A stretch of DNA of 64,000 bases, counting the filler, from Reticulomyxa filosa (Eukaryota > Protista > Foraminifera), in NCBI GenBank assembly GCA_000512085.1. It is 19 parts of 19 records of this genome, joined end to end, with 100 filler letters (N's around TTAATTAATTAA, not from the genome) between each part and the next. Parts side by side here need not be neighbours in the genome. Positions count along the whole stretch, not along the records: positions 10,802 to 17,197 come from ASPP01022292.1; positions 17,298 to 18,796 come from ASPP01002831.1; positions 18,897 to 20,067 come from ASPP01001870.1; positions 20,168 to 23,145 come from ASPP01004302.1; positions 23,246 to 28,678 come from ASPP01005005.1; 14 more parts are not named here. One strand, written 5' to 3'. The notes under the pieces are model-generated. The model did no database searches, was not told the DNA's origin, and worked only from the letters and a program-made list of their open reading frames with translations. Below are positions 12,631 to 26,048 of the stretch, piece by piece. A program made the position numbers and the translations under genes. How positions within the stretch are numbered: position 1 is the stretch's first letter; each line of letters begins with the position of its first letter.

Positions 12631-13819
12631 CTTTAAACAAATCAAAAGATATATATGATTGCAATAATTGGACATCATGATCTGTTTTATCTTTGTTGTT
12701 TTTTCAATTGTTCGACGTTGACGATATTACTCTGATAGATTTGATTTATGATTTGCTGTTTCTATATTGTTAGCATACATAGACTTGAAAGAATCATAAA
12801 AAGTAATAACAATAATAAATATATCATAGAAACATTTAGAGGGAATATTCATAGAATACAAAAAAACAAAAATTCCATCAATGAAAGCAATTTGTGTCAA
12901 ATAATTCTGTGAAGGGTATAAAAAAGAAGAATACAAATACACATTTGATTGTAATATGTCCTAAAATCAAAGAAATGTATGGTATTAAAAGAATGAGCAT
13001 AGTTTGAAATTTCTGTTTTGTTAAATAGTTAATCACTTACTCAAAGTAATATCAGGAAATTGTAGAAACTCTACAAAATCCAAAACCAAGTTTCTTTTCT
13101 CTTATGAAAAAAACACTTTACAATTTGTGTGTTTGTCTTTGGTTTGCAAGAAAACTTTATTGCTCGCATTGCGGAAAGAATTCAATAAATTTAACGTATA
13201 TTTTTCAGTTGCATGAACATGTACAATAACAATGAATTGCTTTGTTCATTCAATTTGAATTTTCTTTAACATACAGGTGTCCTCCTAATTTTTGCCCTTG
13301 TTTTACTTCGAACATTTGCATTTGTAAAGTGCAAGTCTTATGCAAAATTATAATGAATTGCATACAATTGATAGCATTTTATATGGGAAACGCAATTGCA
13401 AGTATAAAAGAAACAAGATTTTGGATATTAAAAAGAGTTGGAAGATGTAACAAACATTTGTATAGATTTTTGAATAATAAGATTGATTTGCACCGCAATC
13501 ATTTTCTTAGAAACAGGATGACCAAGTTGTCTCACTTTGTTGTGCTGATATTTGAGATATCAATAAATTGCATCACATGAATTTTTTTTGTATTTAATCG
13601 CTTCAAAATTTTAATGTTGTTCTTTTGCAGGAAATTCTTTTCAACAAATTTATAAAGAATTATCTTCATAATCTTACAAATGAAATTTTAAATTATTTAC
13701 AATCATAAATTGAATAAATATTTTTTCTTGCCCCAAATACGAATGCTCCCTTTTTCATAAATCATAACACAAACTAAAATCAAAATTACTTAATGGTAAA
13801 ATTTAAAACATTCTTTTTA

Positions 13820-14420
13820 TTTGATCGAACATTAAGCAAGAATTGTACTGACAATATCATTAATACCATTCTTTATTACAAATAGCGATTATTCAACATC
13901 ATGCACATAAGCTGTATGTCCATAGAATACTTATATTTGTTCATCAGATCGAATATCTTATTGTATTCACATTACTACCATTTCTTACAAAATACATATC
14001 ATTCATATCCTTTCGAACATATTTAGTTGTTTGGTTTTGTTTCAGTATCCCATACACAAATGATATAACCATTTACATCAATATATATTACTTTTATTGC
14101 AATTGAATAATAAAAAATCCACACAGCTAATGGTATTTGTATTCCATTGAAAACATCAATATCCCATAATCAAATAGTTTTGTCAAATGATTCAGAAAGC
14201 AAATATTTACCATTATTAAATGGTGGCAATTCAATGTCACAAACTGCATCGACGTGTTTATTGAATGTTTATATTTGTAAATTATGTTTAAATCCCAAAG
14301 ACGAATGATAATATTACAAGAATGATTATAATGATGGTACAACACTTGAACGTTCATCAAATAATTAGTTTGTTTTGATGTCACTACATCAAAGAACATT
14401 TAGTTTTTGAATAATCTTGT
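13820..14420 (-). pseudogene. Highly decayed WD40-family remnant
   Basis: Fragments such as YHHYNHSCNIIIRLWDL resemble the 45.4-45.9 kb WD40 paralog; many stops. Confidence 0.65.
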
Positions 14421-17400
14421 AAATCTTTTAATATTCACTTACAATTACACTTAATTTCATTTGATCCGTTTACATCTTGTTCAAATTGTTTAATACACAA
14501 AACTTTTCATAATTTAATTTATTTGAAATATGTTTTACATGAATATCAATCTGTTGTTTATTGAATGCTTGAAATATCATTTTTATGCAAAGTTGGATAA
14601 TTATTTAATATTTTTTCATATTGTTGTGTTGAACTTTTCTAAACTAATTTGTCAATATAATTCTGTATTTGGTTCCTTTGAAAATGGTCACAAATGCTAA
14701 GATAAATACAAATGAATATTTTCACGAACAATTTCTCTTATAACGAAGTCTTATGGCAAATTGAGTTCTCATTAGTGACTATTGAAAATCACAAGGGATA
14801 ACAAATCATTTTGAACAGCCTATTTATTACTCTTTCCACTGCGCAAAAAAAAAAATTGGTTGGTAGTTTGTCTTTTCACATTAGAACGAGAATGCTTGTC
14901 ACATGTCAAAATGTACCAAAAATGACCACTATTTTCAAAGATTAGAAAAGAAAAAAAAATGGGAGCGTCCAAACCAATTCAGGACGTTAGAACAAATTAT
15001 TTTGAATCGATTGGTGAAATTCCGGTTGAATAACTTTGATTTTTGACAAAGTTAGATTACGATTACTTTTTTTGTTTATATTTGCAAAACGCTTCGTGTC
15101 GGTTTTTTGTTGATGAAGTTGGAATTGGATAAGCGTTGTTTGTAGCTGGTGGTGCTTAAGTGGATGGGTTTTTTGTATTGCAATTATGCAATCGCAAGCA
15201 AATTTTTTTTTTTTTTGAGTTTTAATATATTTTGTGCAGTGATATTTGAAATATTTAATTGTTTGAAATGATTATTTTTTTGTTGTTTGAATTATTATAA
15301 TGTGTTTTTTTTGTGTTGTTTTTTTATGTTATATATTGTTTTTTCATGAAAAAAATTAATTACTTTAATAAAGTGCAATTGTAGTTAACTTTTTTTTGCA
15401 TATACTGTATAATATAACATTTGAATATGTATTATACGAAATTCAAATATGCAAAAATTTTATTATAAACTATTCTTAAATTTTTTTTTTCATATCAATT
15501 AATTAAAATTATATTACTTGTAGTAATAAGAATTTGTATATTAGAGTCAAAGTGAGAAAATAAAATTCAGGATCCAGGTATTTTATTATTTGTCGAATCC
15601 TTAAAATCAACGTTATTTACATATATATAAAATTTTTTATTTATTATTTGCATAAAACAAAATTTGAACATTAAATAATAATTTTTCGAAATACTTAAAT
15701 TCTAATTATCATAATTAAAAAAGTGAAATTGATTAACATAAAGTTTAAGCAAAAATGAAAAACTTGTATTATGTTTAAATTTTTGTAAATCATATTAGTA
15801 TTGCAATCATTTGAATTTGTAAAATTTAATATGTAGTAGTATCATTATAAAAAGCATTTGCTACAATTAATGCAATTTGCTTTTTCTTTATGTAAAAATT
15901 AAATCTTTGCATTGCAGCTTGATATTAAGAACTTTTTTATTAAGTTTTATGAAACTTTAATTTCACTTTCATATAATCATAGGAAAAATAATTTCATTAT
16001 TTTACAATTATATGCCAGCAGTATAACTATTTTTCTAAATAGTTATGAATCCTGAGTTTTTCCGAAAGAAAAGTGTTTTTAAGGATCTATATAAAAATTC
16101 TTATGACAACTTATAATTTTTACAACTAAAATTATCAAATTATTTTGTGACAAATACTTATCAAATGATATATTTTAATATAGCAATAAACTAATATTGT
16201 GCATCAAAAAATCACAATTATTTTTTAAAAAAAATTAATTTAAACTTTTTCAAGTATAAACATCACGACAATAATTTCAAAAAAATTGTTTAAAAAATTA
16301 AATTATGATATGTAGAAGAATACTAAAAAAAATGAAATGGTGAAAAAAAGTAAAACTTTAAATCAGTAGGCAATTCGTGAATATTGACATATAGTTTTAT
16401 TTTTGTTTTTTTCATTGTTTTATTTTTTTAAAATTTTTTGTAAGTTTATTTGATTATTTTGAAGTATTGTTTGTGCTTGATTTTTGTATATTGTGCACAA
16501 TATATATGATTTAACTTTTATTATTAAACTAGAACAGTTTTACCCAAAGATTTGGTATTTTAAGTTATACGTTTATAACGCACATGAAGTATTTTTACAT
16601 TGTAAGTCATTTATGCTATGCCTCAAAAAAAGGTCAATTTATATTTGTGATAAATCATATATATTATCTTTTTAATTAATTTGTAGCATTTGATTGTATT
16701 TAGAATAAAACTAATCAATACATGCATTATAAATATGAAAAAGATTACAAATTTAATGTAATTTTTTTCCATATACAAAGTAATTTCGAACTGTTTTAAA
16801 TTTCTAACAAATTAAAAGAACAAATTTACAATTAAAAATTTAAAAGCTTAGGTAGTGATTGAGATTCGAATATAAAGAGAAATAGAAGCGATATCAGCGA
16901 TAGCGGGGATACACTTACAAGTATGTCAAGTAAAAAATGTTGAATCACCAGTCCCGATAAATTGCAGCATTTCGATGATGTCATAAATATCTTTCGCAAT
17001 CAACGGACAGTATTCGTGATCATTAATGTCCTAGTAGAAAAGCTGAAGACAATACAAAAATCTTTGAAAAAAAAATTATATCAATAAACATTCATTTTTC
17101 ACAAAATTATAATGATGAATATAGTATTTGAATGCATCAATTAAAAATTGTTTATATGAATCTAATTTTTTAAAAATTTGTTCATTTATTTAAAACTNNN
17201 NNNNNNNNNNNNNNNNNNNNNNNNNNNNNNNNNNNNNNNNNTTAATTAATTAANNNNNNNNNNNNNNNNNNNNNNNNNNNNNNNNNNNNNNNNNNNNCTG
17301 CGTATTTGCTCGAAATACAACACTTTGGATCTTCTTCTGAATTCAAAAATGACATTGTTTATTTCCTTTCTCTTTGCTTTCTCTTGCATCTAGATTTTAT

Positions 17401-17929
17401 ATTTTTTTTAATCAGGGCTTGACCTTCCCCCTTCCACAACAGTAATTTCTACGTTGTTGAATAAATCAACTTTAAGCAACAAATTCTTCTTTCGTTTCAC
17501 GAATGTCTGACAAACTGCAAAAAGAAAGTAAATAATTTCAGTCAAAGAAGCATTAATTTAAAAACTGTTGAATATAACATACTCTTCATTGAGTGTTTTA
17601 TTTTTTCTCATTCGTCTTTACCTTTAATCACGATCTTCTATACAATGTTTGGACGATACTATTTATATTATTGCAGAAGATGAAAATAAAATATATACAA
17701 ACGCAAATGCAAGTGCTAATATATATCAAGAGAATATGAAAGAATTATCTCACTGCTTTCTCACCATTGCAAAGCGATACAATGACAATAATAAAAGCAA
17801 TAATATTAGTGTGTTTGCTCTGGACCATTTAATAGAATCATTTGTATATATGACATTGATAAAACAAAAGACTTTAAATTCGACAAACATTATGACACAG
17901 TAAATATTGTAAAATATGCACCAAATTAA

Positions 17930-18125
17930 TTAAGAAAGATTGTGGTTCAATGCAATATTATTTGGACCAATAGATTAAAGTGTTCATTTGGATATTCGAT
18001 CAAATAATAAAGAATTGCTCGCGATTAAATGCGATGATAAGATACTGTGCATTAAATTGCTAATATTAAAAAAAGGAAAGCATTATGCGTTATAATTTAT
18101 CAAATGGAGGAGTACATAGGGGATA
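17930..18125 (+). pseudogene. Possible C-terminal remnant of the same WD40 family
   Basis: Weak fragments (WDIRSNNKELL..IK.DDKILCIK) broken by stops. Confidence 0.4.
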
Positions 18126-21100
18126 TATATTTTTTCTAAAAAGTTCTTTACGTACAATCGACCAAAAAAAAAAATTATCCTAAAATGGACATCTATTCAC
18201 AATTTTATGCATAAAAAATAAACATTTTTTTAACTTTTACGCTAGAACGAATCTGACTTTCAAAAATGAAAAAACATTAACACATTTTTCATTGTTCTCA
18301 ACACTTTTATTAAAAACCAAATATGTTTTAAATTTGTGTATTATTTAAAAAAATTTTTAAAAGGTTGATTTTTCATGAATAAAATTGCAAATGTTTACAG
18401 TGGTTCATTTTATAACTTATTTATTCGTGCATTATCCGTTACAATTTTGTAGATAAAAGGAAATACTTTCGTATTACATTTAAGCCTGTGCTATTAGCAG
18501 TTGCACTCAATCACAATCTTTTAAAAGCGAAGGTATATTAATTCTTTTTCACAAACGACAAAGAGAGCAAACAAGTATTTGGGCGAAATTTTGCGATTCC
18601 TGCTGTGACAAAAACGAGCAAGATGAGTATAAACCATGCACCTTGAAAGCCGTCAAATCAAGCGATTGCGTTTTTTTATTCACTTGAAAGGAAGAAACAA
18701 AAGAAATACCTACTCAACAAAAAAGGTGCAATCGCAGACTGATGATACAATGTTAACTTGATATGACATACATATAAAAAGAAGAAAAAAAAAAAANNNN
18801 NNNNNNNNNNNNNNNNNNNNNNNNNNNNNNNNNNNNNNNNTTAATTAATTAANNNNNNNNNNNNNNNNNNNNNNNNNNNNNNNNNNNNNNNNNNNNATTT
18901 CTTTTGCAGTTTTTTCATCTTCTATGTTGTTCACTGTTTTTTCCTGAAGGTAGGTTTTGTTATATGATTGAGCAGAGATTATTGATTTTGTATAAGGTTT
19001 TTTTTCATTTGAGTTTTTTTATGAAATTTCGACGGAAAAATTTTATTTGGATGAATATATTTATGGATATTAAAAAAATATATTTTTTTGATATATAAAA
19101 AATCCATAGAACTACAAAAAAGGTGAAAATAATAGATTCCACAATCAAAAAGGAACAAACACACAAAATGTATAACAAATAATTTAATTTTTACATTGTT
19201 GAGCTGCATACATAAAAAAAAGGTTGAATAGGATGTGTAACTGTAGAGCTTTGATTTAAAATGAAATGGAGTACGTGTATATTTATTTCTTTGGTATTAT
19301 TATATTGACAAAAGTGATTTAAAGGTGTCGTTCCTTTTGTGAAACAACCTTTGAACTAAATGATTAATGAGAGAAGTGCTAATTAACAAATGATAATTAT
19401 TTCACTTAATCGATCAAAAAAATCAAATCACTTAAACAAATTTTAATATTGGTATTATCCACCAAAAAAATTGAATCATAACAGCGACAAACACTTTTTC
19501 TAAAAAAAGAAATTTCTTTTAATTTTTGATCGATAAAATCTTTCCCATTCCTGGTATGCAATAACACAATACTGCAATATTTCCAAGTCATAATCAGTAT
19601 AAAAATGTATTTATTTATGAATACATATAAACTTACTCCAGACAGAAGTAATGGAAGATAAGTAAATTTTTTTGTCATAAACAATATTTCAAGACGTATT
19701 TTCAAACAAATTGGAATTGTCAAAATATCATTTGTTTGCTTTCAATCCTTTAAATAATTAAACATAAAAAAGAGTAAATGATAAAAAAATGTCATAATGA
19801 TGTGCACAGTTTATTGACTAGTTCTTGCAAATAGCAAGTAGATCTATACTTTTTCTTTCTTAAAAAAAAACAAAAAGATATCAATTTAATTTCTATTTAA
19901 AAACCAAGTTTTGTTTGATAATTTATTGCAGTGTAAAATACTTTTTTTGTCTTTGTTTTTTCCAAAGGGTAACGTCTTTTTTTTAAAAAAAATTCACCAA
20001 CATTAACAACATGGTAATCGAATTACAACTAAACAAAGTCAATATCTTAGTACTTCAGCTTCCTTTCNNNNNNNNNNNNNNNNNNNNNNNNNNNNNNNNN
20101 NNNNNNNNNNNTTAATTAATTAANNNNNNNNNNNNNNNNNNNNNNNNNNNNNNNNNNNNNNNNNNNNAAAACAAATAAATTAAAATTAATTAATCATCAT
20201 TGAAACAATATAAATAGATACTGTAAACGCAATTTTGCTTTCAATAAAGAAATAAAGGATAGTATGTACTGAGATTGCCATATTGCTTTCAATACTTTCT
20301 CTAATATATATTTTTATTAAAAACTGTAAACATATATTGCAAAAATAGATAAAATGTAGTCAATTTATCCAACTTTTCATCGTTCAATTGACGTAGATCT
20401 TTTTATAACTTCGAAGAATGGCCATTTTTATCGACTTTTGAAGTCAAATTTTTCAAAGTAATTGATAAAAAGTCACATTTTCATTTGTAAAATGTTGTAT
20501 TATCAAACAATTTCCACTTTAATCATCTTGGTAGTTGTTAATGTAGGAAACTTGAGGATTTGAAATGTCTTTTTTTTAAAAGATCGAACGAGAAAATTGC
20601 AGAATAAAGAAATAAACAAGAAAAATGTTCGAATTTGTGTATATTAAATGAAAAAAAAGACTCGTTTACTCAAGCGAGCAAACCAACAAAGCTTAATTAA
20701 TGCAACATGAAAACGGTTGCATCAATTATTTTGTCTCAAGTTTCGACGAAAAGGTAGGAACAAATGTGTTGCTGTTTATGTCGTACACACAAATATCATC
20801 CAAAAATGTTCCAAGATGACCATCTTTTTTTTTTTTAATCAACATAACTCTGACGGCTTGAGGCATTGCTCAGTGGCAACAATTTTTGCATGTAAATCAT
20901 TCAAATCTTGTTTTATCTCATCATATTTGGCACGAGCTGCTTCTGTCTCTCGAGTTTTACAACAAGTTTTTTCTGTTTTTTTTTAATAATGAACGAAGAG
21001 TGTGTGGGGTATCGTACATAAAAAAAAAGCAGAGTGACACCAACTTGAAGCTCTTCCAAGGGTGAATGAAGACTATCACAATATAGTTTTTCCAAGTTGG

Positions 21101-21699
21101 GAACGATTTCATTGACTAATTTTTGGAGTGGCTCCAAATATTTTTCCTCAAAGTTGCTGAGGTAGATAATAGGAAGTGGAGCCTCTTTCTTTGCCATACT
21201 CAAGTGCTCTTTTTGCCTTTGGTCCCTTGACTCTGGTCATAACAATGACAATATGTTTCCAATTGCCTGTTGGACTGTACAGCACAATGCGTAAGGCTTC
21301 TGGGTCGCTAATTTCCGGTTCAAATTTTACACTTTGCTTTTAAATTAAAAAACACTTCGTCACTATGTACGTGTAGCAAGCAATCTTTTTTTTTTTTTGG
21401 TATACGTACTCTCTTCGAGAAAAATGCATTAAGATGGAAAAAGAGCGTGCAAGAAAAAAAAAAACAAGAAATGCAAGAGTTTCAAGCCAAACAAGAGGCA
21501 TTGCAAAAGCGGAACGTAAACGAAATGAAAACAATGGAAAAATCACAACTGTTTGAGCGTTACAATCAAACTTAAAGTGTATTATGCCAATTACAAAAAC
21601 TTTACAAGGAATATATGGCATTTGGGCCGCTTTGCAAAAAGAATAGGATGAACTAAGCGCAAAAGTTGTCATTTCAATCACGATAATCACCGTCCCATA

Positions 21700-21825
21700 C
21701 GCAAGAGTCATCATCCTCGCCACAAGAGTTATTGTCCTCGTCACAAGAGTTATTGTCCTTATCACAAGAGTTATTGTCCCAGTCACAAGGGTCATTGTCC
21801 CAATCACAAGGGTCATTGTCCCACT
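21700..21825. repeat. Six-unit 21-bp tandem repeat (consensus CACAAGRGTYATTGTCCNNNT)
   Basis: Units start at 21700, 21721, 21742, 21763, 21784 and 21805. Confidence 0.92.
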
Positions 21826-24217
21826 CGCGATGCGTCATTCGGTATTCGTTTAAAAACAGCTCGAGTCGCTCCAACTCTTCCCGCCTTTTATCTCGTCTGT
21901 CCGGTGCTCTTTGAAATAGCGCTACGATGATTAAAAGACCCAAAACGCCAATCTTTCCAATCTTTGTTACTGAATAATAAACAAACAAATTGAAAGTTTA
22001 TGAACGAGGATATTGCAGTCTCAATCCCTTTTGCAAAGAAACTTGGGTATCACTTTTAAGGCAAAAAAAATAAAAACAAAGAAGAAAAGTTAAGAACTGC
22101 AATCCATTTCAAGATTTCAATCGAGGTAAAAAAAGAAATCACAACTCAATGTGCGTGCAACAAAAAAGAAAAAAGGAGAATACTCTCTTTCAAGAGCTTA
22201 GGTCGTACAGATAAGAAGCTCAACAAAGTTCAGAGAGTATGGACCTGTTCAATCACATTTCCAAAAAATAATGAATGTTTTTGTAAAAAGATGTTGCTGC
22301 AACTAGATATTAATATATTTTCTATGTTTTGAAAGCGACAAAAATCTAAAGTACATTGAACGTAAAACATTATATACTGTTTTCAAAGATTGCCATTTGT
22401 TGCAAGGATAAAGAAAAATGTGCTGAGTCTATTATTCCCTTATTTTCATTTATCGAGATAAAAATTACAATTTAGTGTACAACATTTTGCAAAAAAAGGT
22501 AGCCATAAAATGTTACCTGTAGTGATACTTCTCATTACGTCAGAGCAGAGTCATAATAACTCCAACCTTTCTTTTTAATTTTAACATTCTCTTTTTCTAT
22601 TTCGGATCATTTGCTATCTTACACTGCTTTATGAGATTCTTTCCAGAATATAATTGACATCTAAGTTTGAATTTATTAAATTTTTTTTTTGCATTTTTTT
22701 TTAAGAATTTTAAATTTTGGAATACAAGTATTTTTTGTTATTGCAAAAAAAGAACTGTACAAGAGCAATCTTTCTTAACGTTGGCACAACTCTTTAAAAA
22801 CTGTAAACGGAAGGTTCCTTGAAAAAGGAATCGCTATTGATGCACCAAATAAAATCTTTTTATATTTTCACGCTAATATATATGCGAGAGTTTGTTGCGT
22901 CTATCTATCTATCTCTTTATCATTGACAAGTAAGAAGGGAGAATAAATCATTGACTAAGGAATGTCCTCTTTAACAGTGTTTTGTCTAAAGTGGCTCAAC
23001 GCGAGGCCAGAGAAGTGGATAATGTCGATGGGCATTGTGTCGTTAGTCGTTGGACTACTGACGCTGACTGGAATTTTGCATCATCCAAAAGTGGACACCC
23101 CACAGTTGTACGAGATGACTACAGAAGGGCTGCTGGCCAGTGTCCNNNNNNNNNNNNNNNNNNNNNNNNNNNNNNNNNNNNNNNNNNNNTTAATTAATTA
23201 ANNNNNNNNNNNNNNNNNNNNNNNNNNNNNNNNNNNNNNNNNNNNGTTATCAATTGCTGGGCTTTCTTAATTTTAGTTGTTTGTTTATTCATTTTTTTTT
23301 TTTTTTTTTTTGCTTTGTTTCGGAAATTCATTCGTATGTGTTTTTTTCTTTTGTGAGTTTTAACTTTGTGCTCCGAGCAATAATCGGAACATTGCTATCA
23401 TACAAACTCCTTTCAATATCGATCGCATTGTTAGTTCTTGTTGCCACGTTTTTTCTCACAAACTATGATCTTCAAATACTATCCCAACACTTTAAATGTT
23501 TTTGAAAATGAAATTAAAACTAATTTTAATGACAACAATTATGAATTACAAATTATACCTATCTTTGGGATTATGAAAGTTAGTTTATTGAAATCCGATA
23601 CTAAATTAAACGGCAAGGAGGCAAAGTATTTAAACTTGTGAAACATAAAAATTTTTTCCAAATAGCTTGAGTTGTGAATATCAGTTTGAAGGAAAACTGG
23701 AATTGTGCAAAAACGATCCTTTAACTTACTTTGTATATTGCACTTTATGTGATTTTTTAAAAACTTCCTGCTTCAATAGCTGCATTTTTTTAAACAAATT
23801 TTAATTGGAATTCATCCTCTAGTATTTTTTTAACAGATCTAAGAGGTACACAACTCGGATTACTAAATGTAATATGAAAATGGTATGTCTTGCCAAAACT
23901 TTAGCAGTAAGTAAATTTCGTTTGAAAAACTAAAAGGTTGAGATAAAATTTAGAAATAGTTTACAAGATTTAGAAAGAGACCGATGAAATGGCCAGCAGA
24001 AGGGCAGGTGGACATCCATAAGTAAGAGATGTATTTGCTTATTAAACGCGATATTCATATATGTAAAAAACATTAAACTTTTGAAAGCGTAATTTAAAAA
24101 ATGTTATTTTTTAATAAAATAATTTTATTTTATGCAACAGATACGTCAAAACTCTTTTTAATGCTGCCGACGTCAAAAATAAAGCAAGTTTTAAAACTTT
24201 TTTAAAAAGCCCCTGGC

Positions 24218-25726
24218 ATGGATCCTCTTTGGCTTTGCTTGAGTAAACTCAAAAGAAGACGTTTTACAGAATGTGTGGAATTGACAGACGATTTATTAAG
24301 CAAAAATGGCGATGACAGTAGAGCATGGCTTGTGAAAACGTATGCAGAAACAGAAAGGAGTTATATTGACGACAGTGAAATGGAAGAGAAAACTTTGGAG
24401 GAAGAAATAATAAATGAAGAGTTGCTAGCAAGCGCTCCTCGACCAGGGACGTCACTGCGAGCAGAGAAGAATATTTCACAAGACAATATGACACGACTGC
24501 AAACAGGAAGCCGTCCACAAACAGCAAGAAATAGACCGTTGACAGGTTATGTGACCTGTCAAACAGCACGACTTGGGACGAGTAGTACATCATTGGCAGT
24601 GTCCAACCGTATATTGAAGACATCTTGTTTGACAGCAGCAAAGAAGGGAGCCATTGACAATATTGAAACAAACACAAGTATTATTAGCAAAAAAACAAAA
24701 GATGGGAGCATCAGTAAAGCGTTTTTCAATTACGTATACTACGTATTAAAAGACTACAAAGCAGGATTGGATATTGCATCGGAATGGACCCAAAAAGAAA
24801 AGTTTGAAGATTGGTTTTGGAAAATGAAATTGGGACAATGTTATTACAAAATGCAAATGTATCGAGAAGCAGAGAAACAATTACAATCGGTATTAAAACA
24901 CAACAACAATCCCTGTATGGACAGTTACTTATATTTAGGAAAAGTGTATCAAAGATTGGATCAACCAAATAAAGCAACACAATTGTATTCCAAAGCATTT
25001 GCATTACCTCATTTGCGCCATGAAAAACATTTGTTGTTGGCACATGCTCGGGTGGAAGAACAATTGCAATGCAATCCACAGACTTATGTCATGACAATAT
25101 ATAAATCGATTTTGCGATTGCAACCTTGTTGTATTGAGCCATTGGCTTGTTTGGCCACTCATTATTTCTATGATCATCAACCTGAAATGGCCTTGCGGCT
25201 GTTACATTATTTACTCCAAATGGGTGTGCAAAATGCCTCATTGTTCAACAATATGGGATTGTGTTGCTTTTATTCGGGTCAATACGATATGTGTTTCCCT
25301 TGCTTCAGTCATGCTTTGCTATTGTGCGACAATTCATCCGAAACGGGTGAAGTTTGGTACAATATTAGCCATATTTTTATTGCTTTGGGAGATTTCACTT
25401 TGGCTTATCAAGCTCTCAAAATTGCTATTGCTCATCATCCTACTCACTCTGAAGCTTGGAATAATTTGGCTGTTGTTCAATGGAGACTTCAACAACAAAC
25501 TCAAAAACAAGCCCCTTTGCAATCTGATTGCAAACACTTGTTCACAACAAGTACCACCTTGGCAGATTATTTGTTTGAACCCTTATTTAATATTGCCTTG
25601 TTGGCCTTTAGACAGGGAAATTGTAATGAGGCTTTGCAATTTGTTTCCAAATCACTTGCTATCTTCCCTCTTCATCATCCCTCACTTTCTCTTAAAGATA
25701 GTATTACACGTCACTTTTTCACTTGA
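24218..25726 (+). CDS. TTC8: Tetratricopeptide repeat protein 8 / BBSome subunit BBS8, intronless
   Basis: 502-aa ORF with MDPLW..S..KRRRF, YIDD.E, APRPGTSL, RPLTGY, DWFWKMKLGQCYYK, HYFYDHQPEMALR, LFNNMGLCCFY and VWYNISH; TPR array and length match BBS8. Confidence 0.93.
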   Translation: MDPLWLCLSKLKRRRFTECVELTDDLLSKNGDDSRAWLVKTYAETERSYIDDSEMEEKTLEEEIINEELLASAPRPGTSLRAEKNISQDNMTRLQTGSRPQTARNRPLTGYVTCQTARLGTSSTSLAVSNRILKTSCLTAAKKGAIDNIETNTSIISKKTKDGSISKAFFNYVYYVLKDYKAGLDIASEWTQKEKFEDWFWKMKLGQCYYKMQMYREAEKQLQSVLKHNNNPCMDSYLYLGKVYQRLDQPNKATQLYSKAFALPHLRHEKHLLLAHARVEEQLQCNPQTYVMTIYKSILRLQPCCIEPLACLATHYFYDHQPEMALRLLHYLLQMGVQNASLFNNMGLCCFYSGQYDMCFPCFSHALLLCDNSSETGEVWYNISHIFIALGDFTLAYQALKIAIAHHPTHSEAWNNLAVVQWRLQQQTQKQAPLQSDCKHLFTTSTTLADYLFEPLFNIALLAFRQGNCNEALQFVSKSLAIFPLHHPSLSLKDSITRHFFT

Positions 25727-26048
25727 ATATAATATTTTATTTATTTAATTTTCAATTCTTTTCTAAAAATTAAAATTGTACGTATTTCAGTAAAGAATAC
25801 ATAACTAAATAATCTGGTAACAAAGTTGATGAGCAATCTGTTCAAAGTAAAATCCATTTGCTTGAAAAAATGATATTTCGAGTTTTTATTTATATAATAA
25901 TCAAGGAAAAATGCAAGTTAGTTATATTTCCACCAAAAGAAATTAATTGGATAATGAACAAGATATATATTTGTATTTTTTGTGCTGAGCTCAGCAAAAC
26001 TTCAAAATTCAATATCAGGAATATTGAAAATAGATATCATAAACAACA

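Noticed and set aside
14500-17197. Very AT-rich stretch as organellar DNA or an RNA gene
   Set aside because: No rRNA, tRNA or mitochondrial protein motifs recognised; treated as intergenic or decayed DNA.
21430-21700. Genome-wide TAA/TAG=Gln reassignment suggested by in-frame stops in a Q-rich coiled coil
   Set aside because: Intact genes end in TAA (Ras, arginase) and long ORFs such as BBS8 contain no internal TAR; the region also has frameshifts, so it is a pseudogene.
21700-21825. CRISPR array
   Set aside because: The units are contiguous with no unique spacers, there are no cas genes, and the context is eukaryotic.
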